A stretch of DNA of 64,000 bases, taken from positions 428,274 to 492,273 of the forward strand of contig NMRA01000335.1 of the NCBI GenBank assembly GCA_002633005.1. The letters are read 5' to 3'. A program made the translations under genes and the position numbers. How positions within the stretch are numbered: position 1 is the stretch's first letter; each line of letters opens with the position of its first letter. Source of the stretch: Phoronis australis. Lineage: Eukaryota > Animalia > Phoronida. The notes beneath the pieces were generated by a model, which did no database searches, was not told the origin of the DNA, and saw only the letters and a program-made list of their open reading frames with translations. Below are positions 12,215-25,031 of the stretch, piece after piece.

Positions 12215-12600
12215 CAGTTAGTCATTTGGTCTGCTGGGTTCCTTTCTTAATTTCCTAGATCTTGGGAGAAATCCCGTCTCCGTCGATGGGGTGTTGACTG
12301 TGATGAGTCGCGGGAACTCTGGCCACGCGGGATCTCGAAACAGTCTCAACATTCCAGGGCGAGGGCAATTTGAATCTGGTTTGTTGAGAGAAAGCTGTAG
12401 GAGTGAGGTAAATAGCCTCCTGCACACCTCTCTCAAACCAGTTCTTTTCTCTGCACAGGATCTCAACATTTTCATCACTGGCTCAAGAGGGTGTTCATGC
12501 AGGTGCCGCTGATGAAATTCCTCAGTTACCCGCAGCCCATCTATGTTGATACGGAGTGCAATCTCAGATGGAAATCTCATCCATCTTGTCTGTCAGCCTT
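12215..12600 (-). mobile_element. Penelope-like retroelement fragment (GIY-YIG endonuclease C-terminus)
   Basis: A minus-strand frame different from the listed ORF reads SDENVEILCREKNWFERGVQEAIYL...RFKLPSPW (about 12480-12350), typical of the Penelope/Poseidon endonuclease tail. Confidence 0.8.
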
Positions 12601-12614
12601 TTGTGGAATGACTG

Positions 12615-12790
12615 AGGGGGCACAGAACAGTTCTCATTGGGTTTTGCCCAGCAAAACACTCATCACTGGATTTGTCACCTTTTCTTCAGTCTGTCGGAAA
12701 CTGGAAGCAAAGAATGATCGACATGTTTTCAGTTATTTCACATAAAAAGCCCTACAGATGAGTTATAGTGTCTTGTATTTTTGGCTCTTT
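12615..12790 (+). repeat. Dispersed repeat, second copy at about 14985-15160
   Basis: gcacagaacagttctca(t/c)tgggttttgcc...tttcacataaaaagcc...gatgag...tcttgtatttttg is shared between the two sites. Confidence 0.75.
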
Positions 12791-12809
12791 TACTCCTACT
12801 GTAAAGCAA

Positions 12810-13168
12810 GGTTCACCTGTTCACCTAGGCTGTGTCCTTCCACTGCAGGAAGTAGCCCCGCTGCACCACTGAGATCCCTCCATTGTTTTCGGTTCTTAGC
12901 TGTCCTTGGCCATGTTGCTCCATCTCTCTGCATGATGTTGTCTCGCCATCGTCTCTTTGGTCTTCTCCTTGTTCTCTTGTCTTTTCTGGGCTGCCATTCG
13001 GTTGTCCTCACAATCCACCTGTTATCCTTCATTCTAGCCACATGACCAGCCCATGTCCATTTCGTTTGTGTTATGCGTTTTGTCACATATGTTATTTTAG
13101 TCCTTTCTTTTATCTTGGAATTTGATATTTTGTCTCTCAAGCTGATGCCCAGCAGTTTCCTTTCCATT
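12810..13168 (-). mobile_element. 5'-truncated RTE-clade LINE 3' end
   Basis: MERKLLGISLRDKISNSKIKERTK...KWTWAGHVARMKDNRW...TEWQPR...RPKRRWRD, then GYFLQWKDTA-stop in a shifted frame and a short ggtgaac tail repeat. Confidence 0.9.
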
Positions 13169-14146
13169 GAAAAGCAAGGTAGGCTTAGAAAAAGGGGGCA
13201 AAAACAAAATCGGCAACTTTTCACCCCAAAACTAAAATTTCCGTGCCGATGCACGACTAAAGCCACATTAAATTCTGAATGCAAATTTCCTAACGATTCT
13301 AAAAATGGTCCAAAAGTATTGTCAAGCAACTAGTTTTTTGGCAATTCTGGTTTGTTTGAGGGCTAACTGTCCTGAAATCGCAGTCAATTTCTCAGTCGCC
13401 ACCTAGCAATGCACAATTGCAACCGGGGGCCGCCAGAGCAGCTACAGCCGAACAAGTGGTCTCTTCATTTTCAACATGATCACAAAGACAAACAAACCAC
13501 ATTCACTGAGCCTACATGCAATACCTACCTACAAAATGCCCCAAGCTTGTCTTACCCCTAAATTTTAATATTTTAAATTATCCGTGGCAGAACCCTAACT
13601 TTTCAGTGCCACCTGAATGCATGCGCGCATTTATCTGAGTTTGAGGGAGATCAGAAATTCTGTGGTGAGTGCATAACTCTGTAATAGACGTTGCGAGATG
13701 GTACTTCCGTCAGGATTGTTTAAAAGATATTTTGACGAGCTTTCGCGTTCCGGCCATGCCTCTTTTAGCATTTACAATTTGCCAATATCTAGAAGGACAC
13801 AACTGGTATTATGGGCGACAATTTATTTGAGTGACGTATTTTTGGGTAGAATTAACTTCCCAAAGTTTTTAATTTTGACCGGAGTTTTAAAACAGCATTC
13901 TTTTGTGCTTTTGTGATTTTGATATAAATCGTTGATTTCAAACAAAGTTTTGTAGTAAAAGTTGACTGAAACCGAGGCAGCGACCCAGTTTTGAGACGTT
14001 TGTAACGTTTCCAATCGTTTGCTAATCATCCAATTAAATCCATTGCGATCGCTGAGTCTCAATTTTTCGAATAATTTCGGACAGTCGGCATCACAGTACA
14101 AAACTGGCTTTTCTAAACAGCTAAATCCCCAATGAAAACTCTGTAA

Positions 14147-14230
14147 CATGGGCGGCGCACCCCCTACATTTTTCAGTGCTCCGACGTCCATCCATGTTCT
14201 ATGGGCGGTGTATCACAGGGGGTTGGGGGG
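14147..14230 (+). mobile_element. Degenerate copy of the CATGGGCGGCGCA MITE family
   Basis: catgggcggcgcacc...tttttcagtgct is shared with the copies at 36690, 41926 and 43715. Confidence 0.6.
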
Positions 14231-14499
14231 CTTTAGAGTTGTTTTCGATAAATTTATGCGATTCTGTTCAATTTTGTTCTCTTTATTCATGTTTCATTGG
14301 TGTCGATAATGCCACTTTAATGGAAATCGTGTCGTGAAAGTTGGCATGTTTCCAAAAGTAATAACCCTCGCTCATGCTAGGTATAACCAGAAAGTTATTG
14401 TAGTCTAGATTAGTGAATTCATTTAATGGTGAGACCAGCTAATAGTACCAATGTGGAAATCATGAAATAAAGTAACTTAAAAGATATGTAGGAGACCTC

Positions 14500-14660
14500 G
14501 AAAAATCCCCAAATTTGTTAAACTGTGGAACATCATAGCTCAGAAATGGCTGATCGGATTCATAGGAAACTTTCAAACATCATTAAATACTTTATGTTCT
14601 GGTCCTCAAAACTGTTGGGAATTGTTTATAAAGGCTTCCCCTTTTTATAAGGGACTATTT
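14500..14660 (-). repeat. Dispersed repeat related to 54560-54930 and 56270-56580
   Basis: Reverse complement aatccgatcagccatttctgag matches about 54892-54912 and, with mismatches, 56543-56563. Confidence 0.55.
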
Positions 14661-15438
14661 AAAGAAAGGTTTAATCATTGGAAATCAAATTCTAAATGCC
14701 TTCTAGTTTCAGTGAGTTGAAGTCTATAGTTTTGTAGCTAGATCTTAACTTCTTACGGTTTGGAGACTTGTAAGTGGTCTAGTGAAGTGTTCTTAATCAA
14801 ATGTGTCCGACAGTGTTACTTGGTCACATGCAAGACTGCTCTGTTTGAGGATGTAAATCATTTTTATCACGGTATAAAGAGTTTCGAGACATAATGCTTG
14901 GTAGACGTATCTGGTTTATAGTTTGCGTTTTGGATGGTAGGAGAGGACACGTCACTTGTAACGGTGATCATTTATTGATTAGGAGGCACAGAACAGTTCT
15001 CACTGGGTTTTGCCTAGCAAAACACACATCACTTGATTTGTAACTTTTTCTTCACTCTGTCAAAAACAGGATGCAAAGAATGGCATGTTTTCAATTATTT
15101 CACATAAAAAGCCCAGCAGATGAGCACAGAAACTTTATTCTTTCTTGTATTTTTGACCATTTCATTCCCACTGAAAACCAAGCTAGACTAAGAAANTGGC
15201 CGCGGCCGCAGCCTAACTATTCAGTGCCACCTTACCAAAGCGAAGCAGTCGTTGACTGCCTCGCTGTGGTGAAGGAAGGCGTTCAAAGCAGTCAGTTGTA
15301 TTGACCGTTGTGTTGGATTTTTTACCAGCGCTGCTCCCCAACATCTGTGGGATGGTAACAAATTGACTTATGGCTCTTTCAATCACAATGCGGTGTCTCG
15401 TTACATCAATATATTTGTTTTTATCTCATGTTCGTTAA

Positions 15439-15968
15439 AGAGGCCTGGAACTCTATGAACAGAATAATTTGCATTATTGAATATGGCTCTCTGCCACTGA
15501 AACAGAATTCAACCTGCTCACCAGGTATTTTTAGGGTTCGTTCGTAAAGATTTTAAGTTCTGTTGATATCAAACCATTTTTTTCTTTTCAAATTTCAAAA
15601 AACGATAAGTCAACTGTTTTTCTCCCACAAAGCAAAGCACGTCTCCTTATTTGGTATGGCAAGACATAGACGTGGTACATTTCCCTTGTATGGAAAATGT
15701 GACCTTTGACCCAAAACGACTTCAAGCAACTGACTGTGAGCGCATGCGCGCATTTATCATAAGCGGAAGGGAGATCAGAAACTATGTGGTAACCAACCAC
15801 AGAGTTTTTCCTTCGCGCGTTTTTCAAAAATCGGGAATTTTGTATTTTTTTCTGAAAAATTCCTCACAGGAAAAAGTGAATTACTCTGTACTAGATATTT
15901 TGAGATGGTGCTTTCTTAAGAAATTGTTTAAAAGACAATTTTGACGAGCTTTCGTGTTCCATGCCTCT
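15439..15968 (+). mobile_element. Non-autonomous DNA transposon with TTAA TSD (Kolobok-like MITE)
   Basis: ttaa|AGAGGCCTGGAAC...GTTCCATGCCTCT|ttaa; TIR with 1 mismatch in 13; purine-starting termini with TTAA are typical of Kolobok. Confidence 0.75.
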
Positions 15969-16414
15969 TTAAACGATAAAATGATGTAGTAGTATGGCTG
16001 CCTGATGTGAACCTCATGTGGCTGTTAAGGTAGGATGAAGTCCAGAATCTTGAATATCATGAGAATGGTCTTACTGTGCCAAACGTTTTGAATTGCATAA
16101 TTCATTGATTGGTCTATTCGCACCATTACCAACCATGACGTTTCGGTTGGCCTCCAATCATCATCAGATGAGGCATTTGATTTTAGCCATTAACCGTTAT
16201 AAACCTGGCCTCAACATGGTCCTTACTCAAATTAGAAGTGATTTATGCGTTTGGGGAGAACTAGTTGTTCGTTACTACTCGATACCGAGGTCAACAGGTT
16301 TGGCTTGCCATGGAAGGTCGATTTGATCGTGGTGTTAGACAATGACGAACTGACAATTCGTCTGAAGTGAAAGCCGAGAAAGCACTTCTAATCTCAGTGA
16401 GGAACAAGATGAGA

Positions 16415-16572
16415 CCAGCCTCCCGTTCAGTAACGCTAGGACCTCGCTAAAAAGCAATACTTCGCGAGATTACGTGAGATATTGCCGTGCATTTTAAATG
16501 AGAACACGTGACTTTGACTAGGTTTTAGCTAGGTCCTAGCGTAGGTCCTAGCGGCTACTGAACGCACGCCAG
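16415..16572 (+). mobile_element. ~155 bp element bounded by CCAG direct repeats, copy 1
   Basis: ccagcctcccgttcagta...tactgaacgcacgccag; near-identical inverted copy at 25202-25358. Confidence 0.85.
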
Positions 16573-19500
16573 TTTCGTGATGGCAAGTGATTTAAATCAA
16601 TCGTTAGTTTTCTTGGTGAAAGGCGGATTCTTAGCACATTTTAACTTTACAAAGTCTTGTCGTCCCGAGATATTTCCACGTATTCAAACGTGACTGTCTT
16701 AGACTGTTCCGGAAGCAGGTGAAAAGCTAATACACCTGTTAAATCATAACAAGTGTAATGATTTCTAAGAGTACAGTTATTATTTTGTTCAAGTAAAGTT
16801 ATTTCTCCGCTCCAAAAGATATTCTAAATTCATTGGTGAATGGTAATTTCTTGCCAAACTGACATTGTTCATAACACAAACGGTAGAGGCGAACGTCTTT
16901 ATAAATCATTTTTATGTCTTCTACAATTAGTTATGAATATAATTGAGAGACATAGCGCTATTTAGAGAAGCATGTAAAATTAATGGTTATAGATGATACT
17001 ATTGTATAATGAATACGCAGTTAGTATATGGTAGTGAAGGTCGTCAACATTGACTCTAACATATCTGTATGTCTCAGGGGTAATCACAGATCATCGTGCC
17101 GATCCGTTGTGCTCCACGAAACTGAGTTATGAACTTCCGAAAGGTGATTTGCAAAAGGTTTTCGATGACACTTCCTTGAATGGATGATGGTATTCTGTTG
17201 GGATTCAACATCGTCTGACGACAGCTGGTGGAACCATGGCGGAGCAATAGATGCTCCACGAGATTGATGACCTGAGACGCTGGAGTGAACGAAGGTAGTC
17301 CAGTTTGTACATATGAATTTCGTTTCATTGGGAACATTAGGAGACCGGTTTTATGAATTTAGTAAAAACCTTAATCTATTTTGGTTTTTGAGCCAGCTGA
17401 ACAGGGCGAGTGTATTCCAGCGACCGTAACCCCCTCACGTTTGCATACGCTGACGGAGCCAATTCGCTCCTACATGGGCTGGGAACTTCTGAGAACGAGT
17501 TTGGTGGGAAAGAGTCCAAACTGCAACTGTTTGGAGGCCGGTAGATGGCCACGTGAATTTTAAACCCTTAATTTTACAGAACTGTTCTTTACTTCCGAAG
17601 TGAAGCGTATTGCCCTGTCGTTTTTGAAAGTATTTAGGGCAATACGCATATATCCGGAATGGTACGTTTGTTAAAAGAAAACTTGTTGCTAATTTACCTA
17701 CGTTTGCTTCCAGTAAAGTTAAGTGAAATCGAGGGGGTGATCTCATCAGCTGGTTGCTGCACAGCGTGCGCGGTGGTCCATATCAAAGCCGGCGAAAAAC
17801 TCTAATGCGAACTGTATTCGAGAAAAAGAGGCGAAAAGCCGGCGAAGCACATTGGAGGGATGCCTTGTCTTGTATATGTAAACTACATCGAGCGCTGGTC
17901 TGCCTTGCGAGATTCTTTGAACATCCAGTAATGTAGTTCTAATTTTTCTAAACAGCCGGGTGGGGGTACGGTTTTACTCACATCTTCCAGAAATAGTTTG
18001 ACATTTCTACTTATTACTGATTGATTTTAATAATGAACTTTATGTTCTGAAAAACATATTTTAGTGTTTGACAGACTTCCTTGCTGTGTCTAAAAAATTT
18101 CGAATGATCTCGGCCAAATGCAACTCACTTTTTTACTGCCAAGTCCGCTTTGGAAACCCAATAATCTTATCATTATGATGGCCAACCCATAGAATTTTAG
18201 GTAGTATGTAATGACAACTCTGTTATGCATTCAGTGATGGAAGGAAAGTGAGCTCTAGAGTAAGGTCACGTGATTCGGCAGGGAGGTCAGCAATCACCGG
18301 CCTCGCAGGTTTTTGTGAAAAATGACGAAAAAAACATTCACGAATGAAAATTGAAGAATTTAGGAGGAAGGCTTCCGAAATGATGTAGAACTGGTTTCGT
18401 ATAGAAAATTCATGTAATTCAGTACAATTTTGCGCGTTTCATTCTTGCTTCATTGTCGCCGACAATGTTGTAAACAGTTTACTTTTCCCTGGGTCATGGT
18501 CAGGTCAAAAACCTAGTACTGCTATTAAAACAGTATGGCATTATATGGAAATTCTTTTAAGCGATAAAACAACCAAAACCAAACTACACCATTACTGTCA
18601 ATTTATTTTTGACAGACATGCGGCAGCTAAATTTGAATTTCCGGTAGCTTTTAGACTTTTGCGTTCAAAAACCATTACAGTTTGAAAGGTAAATTAAAAT
18701 GCGTTGTATGAGATGATTTGGAATTAACGAAAATCGATATGCCTGATAGAACTGCAACCAGTGAGATAAACTAATCAAACACGCGTCATGCTTACATTAG
18801 AAATTTATAATACCACTTTACCGGTCATCATAGCGATCGTTTTTTTTTTTATTCTCTTCTATTTGTTGTCTCAATGCCACAAATTGTCTTGATCATAAGC
18901 GTGATCGTCACTCGTCTTTATTGATATTGCAAAGTAGCAGCTGAATATTTTATAGGAAATAAATTGAACGCGTGTCAAAATATGAGTGGCATGCATTTCT
19001 ATATCCAATAAGTATAATTGGATCGCTTGTTGATTTAGTAACTTTTTCCATTCTCGTTTCGTCGTCGTAAATTATTTCGCTTTTTGCGCCGAATTATTTA
19101 GGAGCAGCTATCATACTGCCGACCAGAGCACCTCATAGGCGAGTAGTAAAACTATTACAGAACATTACTACTGGAAAAACTGCCATTTTAGGATGTATGT
19201 CAATTAGATTCATATAATATTTGCGCATTCTTGTACACCCGCATTTAATAGAACCGTTTTGATGAAAAATATCGAGCCAACATTTGCACGTGATTCCATG
19301 GACGACCAGTAGATCACCACACTGAGAATTGTTCACAATTGCACTGATAAGTTTGAGGTACAGTCTAACACTTCAGTACAATCGTTGCTTTGTTCAGTAA
19401 ACTGCACGAAATGAACGTTAAGGGAACGTTTGCTTTTCTGGTGTTGATGAAGTGACAAGTACCTTTATGTTAGAGAAATTTAACAGTTTCTATTTTTTAG

Positions 19501-22500
19501 AATTTCCAAGTCTTCATTGAGTAGATATTTGCAATGTACGAGCGCTAAATATCACTTCCGAGGGTGGAAACATTTTGATCAAATCTTCGTTTTGAGATAC
19601 TGTTGTAGGCATCCGACGCTGGCTGAAAACTTTTCTTTTCTAAAATAATCCTCGCTGTTGTCTCACAAGTGACAAACATGTTGCTGTTTTCTGCACAAAT
19701 ATTATTTTGGCGAGTTCACTAATGTAGTGATGTATGTTAGCATGCCAGTGTCGTCGGTCATAATAACAACAGCATGACGTGTCTTCCACGTGACTTCGAT
19801 TCAACCCTAGTGTCAAAAACGTGAACAAGTAAACCTCTGTATTCTGGGTAACCAATCTTTCTCTCTCATGAACAAAACGAATCGTTTACTAACAGTGTTC
19901 TTTTCCTAAAAAATCTCATGAGAAAATTACGCTGTCCATAAGACAAAACTGAGGTTCGCGAGAAAAACACGATCGTCAGAAAAGTACTGATGACATGTAA
20001 ATACAACTCGTAAGAAACGAATGTTGTTCGTCGTAACAAAACACTCTTTGTGAGAACTTGCGAGGGAAAAAATGTATTCTGTGATAACAGTGTTAAATAT
20101 AACCTTTCTGCATCATTTTAGATAAAAAACGCCGTGAAACGATTTTAACGCAAGTTAGGTCAGTCGAAATTTAAACCTAAATAATGCTCATTGAAAGCAA
20201 CTCCAATATTTTCAAACTGAATTTAATATGAATTTTAGTTTAATTTTTTACGATTGGTGGTGCACTACCACCTTAAATGGCCGCCGCAGTGAGTGACAGC
20301 TAATGCATGACTGAACTGCCGCGATGTGCAATGAGGCTTCTGCGATAACCCCACCCACTTTTTAAGGCAAACACAAACATTGCTGAAAGTAACTAAATGT
20401 TTATATTCTAGTGATATCTTTCGTGGGCGCAACTGGTGTATGAAAATAGAAGAGTGTCTTAAGAGTTTGTTTTACTATCATTCCAGTCACTGGCCATGCG
20501 TCGTCTTAGAACACTGTATATATTTTCTTGGAAAATAATCATAAGTTTGCTTTTGCAAACCTTTACGGGTACTCCTTTTTTGCACTGGATGTGCAGCACG
20601 CATCAGGAAACAAACAACCAAATCTGGAAATGATTTAAGAAAGCACTGGGTTTGACTTGACAGCAAGTTGTTGGTAAATTAACTAGTAATCAATCACGTT
20701 TTCTGCCGGTCTCCGTTGTTTTCTTCGTGCGAATGAAGAATGATGGGCATATCACTAGGAGTTGCATTGTGCTGGTGTTTTGGTGTATTGACAGGCGACA
20801 TAGCATGAGATATATGAATGTTTGTACCATGTACGTTCTTGTAAGAGCTCATACTAGATAGAATGCAGACGCGCAAGGAATGTCTAATCTGTCGTTAGTT
20901 TGATATTCTGATGCTCGAGTATATATATCCGAAGAATGTTTGGTGAAATGGTAGCTGTTGTTTTAGATAAGACAAGTTTGTTCACAGGTTTCATGTGTAG
21001 GAAATCTGTAAGAAAAATCAGCACCTTCTGATAATTGAATCAACCTGTAATGCTCCCGGTTAAAACTTATGACCTACGCACAGGTGGCGCTGTCAATCGA
21101 CTTAACCCGGTGAAAGTACAACATCGAATGACGCGTTAGATTTGCCAGGCGCAGCAGCAAGTTTTATTATTGAAATTGGCACATTCGCTTCATGCTGTTT
21201 TTTGTATTAAGCCGTCATCCGGTAAGACAAAATATTGTTTTCTGTGTTTCACAAGGTCGCCGATTAGTGATCAAAACACGAAGAGCTTATAAATATCTGC
21301 CGGAAAAACTTTGTGTCGCCCGTCAAGATATAGAAATTTTCCAGCAGCAAGATCCACCAAATGGTAAGCTATTTCTTACACTGAGTGAGCTTAAACATGC
21401 CTGAAATTTTGCACTTTACGGGAAGTAATACGTTCTAGTTATAAGAGTCTAGTTTTCTTCAATTTTCAAAAAGTCCTCGAGAGCTTTGTCACACGTTTCT
21501 TATCCGTAACGGCTGCTAGATCGTCCATCATGTATTTAAAACGTTATTAAAGTTCGCAGTTTTAAAAAGAAAATGTGAAGTGAGGATCGTGGTTAAGTTT
21601 TTCTTTGTGTCTGGAGAAGAGGAAATCTTAGAGTATCTTTAGATAAGATAGATGCATATCTCCGTTGCTAAGGGTTTCATTTAATATCTTTAGCTTATAA
21701 AACAACATACCTTTCAAGTACTTCTTAACACCAGAAATGTGTTATGTGCATAAGATGACACGTTGCCTTTTTCTTAAAAATTCCATCTGTGACATCGTTT
21801 TTCATATTTATTGTGTATTTTAACTAGTCCCTTTTACTCCCTTATCTGTGTTGTAAATGGGGAAATTTCAGTATTCCCAGGACAAATGCGCATCGTATTT
21901 GTTAAACGTCGTGTCCATTTAGAACATTGCCTCTTAGTTTGTATAACTAATACACTGTACCTGATATGTGATAATTCTTTGAGAGGAATAGAATAAGAAC
22001 CCCTGACTTAATGAGTCAGAGAACAGGGTGACTGACAATATAAAAATGTACGCAAGTACCACTGCTCAGAACTTGGTGCCAGCTTCAGATTGGCATAAAT
22101 ATCTTTTCAAAGCTGGTTTTCAATTCGACATAAATTAAAGATATGGATAGGTTTATCGTTGACCGGGCCAAAAATAAACTATGACACTAATGTCATACAC
22201 CGGTGCTGTATATCGAGAATGGAAAATCTCTAAGACGGTTCCAAGTTTTCTGTTATTAACAATTTACACGTCGACCACGAACACATAATTGCGAACGAGT
22301 ATAACATCAATCCCATCAAATCCTGAGCGACCAGTTTTATGGGCATTTTATTGGCGTTCCGGCCAATTAGTAAAAGTTTACTGTGGAGATTTCAACTGTC
22401 GACTTGCGTAATGCGAATTTGGATTTACTGAATAAATAGTACAAAACATTCGAGAGTCTCAAATTAAAACATTTTAAAGGATTAAATCAAATCAGCATGA

Positions 22501-24231
22501 TTAAACATGTCAGTTACGAGACGTCTTCAAACGTTTTCTGAGACGCCAGCTGTCTCTAAATACGCGCTTCAGCACTTTTGTTATCAGAAATGATTTGAAG
22601 CAAATCCCATCCGCCTTCAGTCAAATGCACCGATGTTAGATTACGCATGATATCATAAAATATTTGCTTTATTTTGTGGGTACAGAAATACTTCGTGACA
22701 ATTTATCACTGATATACCCCCAAGGTGGTAGATATAAATTTCATATCAATCAAATTTGCCAATGTAGTGGGGTAAATGCGCGGCGTGATGAGCAAAACCA
22801 CAATCCCTGGGGGAGATTCTCTCACAGAAAGTTTGTTGGTACCTTCCGCCGTAGCGTGGGCATTGTATCTGGACGACAGAGAAAGTTTATTTTGCTATGT
22901 TGTGGCGAGCCATACCTCTTGTGAAAAACTTTCACATTTCTTAGTCGGCGAAAACTTTTAAATCGTTTCTGTTGTCGGAAAAACACTGTTCCGTAAGGCA
23001 ACTGATCGTGAAAAGATACGATACTGAACCACAGGTCCCGTATTCCTTTTCCACCTTCTCCGGTAGGAATATAACATTTCTGATAGGTGAAACAGTTCGT
23101 TCGATGCATGTAACATTCGTTCCTGTCGAACAGGTGATCAAGCTAATAAAACAGTTAACGATGACACGCCTCAGCGGTATTACGTAACGCCATCTTTGAT
23201 CATGCGCAACTGGGTAATCTGGTCAAGTATTAGTCGGCTTTCGCTCGACATATGTTGACTAAAATTGTAATATTGGTGTCATAAATGAAAACAGTTTGAA
23301 AATTAAAGGGATGGGAAACATGCCTTTCAGTAAAATTAAAGCCAACACACAGAGTTTAATTTGTTGAACCAGCTTCAACACCGAGGCTATTTTGTTGAAA
23401 CATTCTTTGAAATGTTCGGTATTGAAACTGATGAACAACGGATCGAGACATTGACTTCTGCAAGGCTCACACTTGTCGGTTGTTGTCAAAGATACATTTC
23501 CAAATATAGTGTTCAACTATTTTTCCCTATCATGTCGATGGCCGAAAGCCTTCACTTCCTGATCGGTCATTTTTGCTGCGGTGATCGGCTACGCGTGTGT
23601 ATATTGGCAGGACTTGCGGGAATTCCCTCTTGGTTACGATCATTATAGTTGGTGCGGTGAGAAAAATTGTTTTCTGAGGTCACCCCCAACTCACAAGCCG
23701 CCGTCAAACTCGGCGATAAATGGAAGGTATTTCAAGCGTGTTTAACCTGGTAAATCACCGACATTGATTTCAGCGAATGTCGCGAGAATTGACGATTTTC
23801 TAATAAAATCAAGAAAACATAATAGGCGTTGTTGTTTTATAGCGCTGGTCACGGCTAAGTGTTTCCCATTAACAACAAAGTTTGGAAAATGTTATCTATA
23901 GCACAGACCAATGTATACGAGCATTTTCCGGTGGGGACTGCCGAGAACAATTGTCTTGTGATTGAAAACGCAAACGAAAAAGCAAAGCGAGAATTTCTAC
24001 CGATTTGTCGCCACTTTTTCACCGGGGAACGGAGTCCGGCTCTTTTCAGCGAATAGCTACTTGATTAAAACATAACCGTGGAAATTAGTAGTACTGTAAA
24101 TGTGTCAGTCAGTGTCGGGTGAAGACGTTGTTTTTAATTTCAAGAAGACTGGGTGGTCTACTTTCCCGTTCACTTAATGTTGAACACATTCGAACACTGA
24201 GCGAAGAAATGGGTGGCCATCGAGTTACTTT

Positions 24232-24720
24232 TATAGACCGGGATCCCAGAGCTTTTTTGGGCATGAAAAGGTAACCATTTTTTTTTGGGGTGCCACAGTG
24301 CTCTGTGGGTTTCCTGAGGCTTGGAAATGGCCGTCTGGCAGGTTCGCTCTGGTGGGTGTGGTGAGGGGAACCAAGAAAATGACCCTCAAGAATTGAGCTT
24401 GATCAACTTTTCTGGTAACCACTTCAAACTGCCTTGGATACCTAGTACGTAATCCACTGTATCAAAATTGGTCACTGCCGGACAATTTCAGTGGTGGGGA
24501 GTATCAGCCAGACGGTGAACATTGAGGTGAAAAAAATGAGCTGGATCAACCTAAGAGGCAACCAGTTGCAAAATAATCGCCATAAGCCCAGGTATCAAGA
24601 ATAAATACTGCCAGACAAATCTAGTGGTGGGTTATCCCCGCCAGACCCGCCCAAGTACCTGAGATGAGCTAGATCAACCCACCAAGTAACCGTTTGAAAA
24701 CATTTGCGTAATGTTGAGCA
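24232..24720 (-). repeat. Left arm of a large inverted repeat (about 3.5 units of ~130-145 bp)
   Basis: Diverged reverse complement of about 28340-28840 (one internal segment is closer to 27990-28080), beginning tatagaccgggatcccagagcttttttgggca. Confidence 0.9.
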
Positions 24721-25031
24721 ACGTTCTGCAGTCAACAAAAGGTACTTTACAGACACTTTTAGCGGTAGGGCAGTAGCATGCAGACGCCTTTATCTCTCTA
24801 CTCAATTGCATATATTCTATTCAGGTCCCGGCGTAGCCAGCATTGAGCGGGGGGGGCGGTTCGAATTTCAAGGACGGTGGACCTTGGTATTTTGCTAACG
24901 TCGACTCTGTAGAGTTTCTGACAAGGCCTTTGACGTAGGGGAGTGGAAATCTGTATACACAACGATGACTCATGTTCATGAGTTGAGACGGAATTTGTAA
25001 TACCAGAAACGAGGATGCTGTTACTGTACGT

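Larger units (their letters stand above)
11902..13763 (+). mobile_element. TTAA-type (Kolobok-like) MITE copy split by nested insertions
   Basis: 11950-12205 and 13615-13763 match the left and right parts of the intact copy at 15439-15968; flanks are ttaa|AGGGAC and GCCTCT|ttta. Confidence 0.65.

Noticed and set aside
12218-12580. 120 aa ORF as a host gene
   Set aside because: It is mostly an alternative frame of a Penelope endonuclease remnant.
15190-15215. NotI site next to a single N (15196) as vector or linker
   Set aside because: No further vector-like sequence is recognisable; possibly a contig junction, but not supportable.
17074-17337. Coding-looking stretch (87 aa, minus strand)
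   Set aside because: No recognisable motif or consistent splice sites; may be an unidentified repeat remnant.
22664-23648. Cluster of short overlapping ORFs
   Set aside because: No domain recognised; faint LINE-like words occur in the wrong order.
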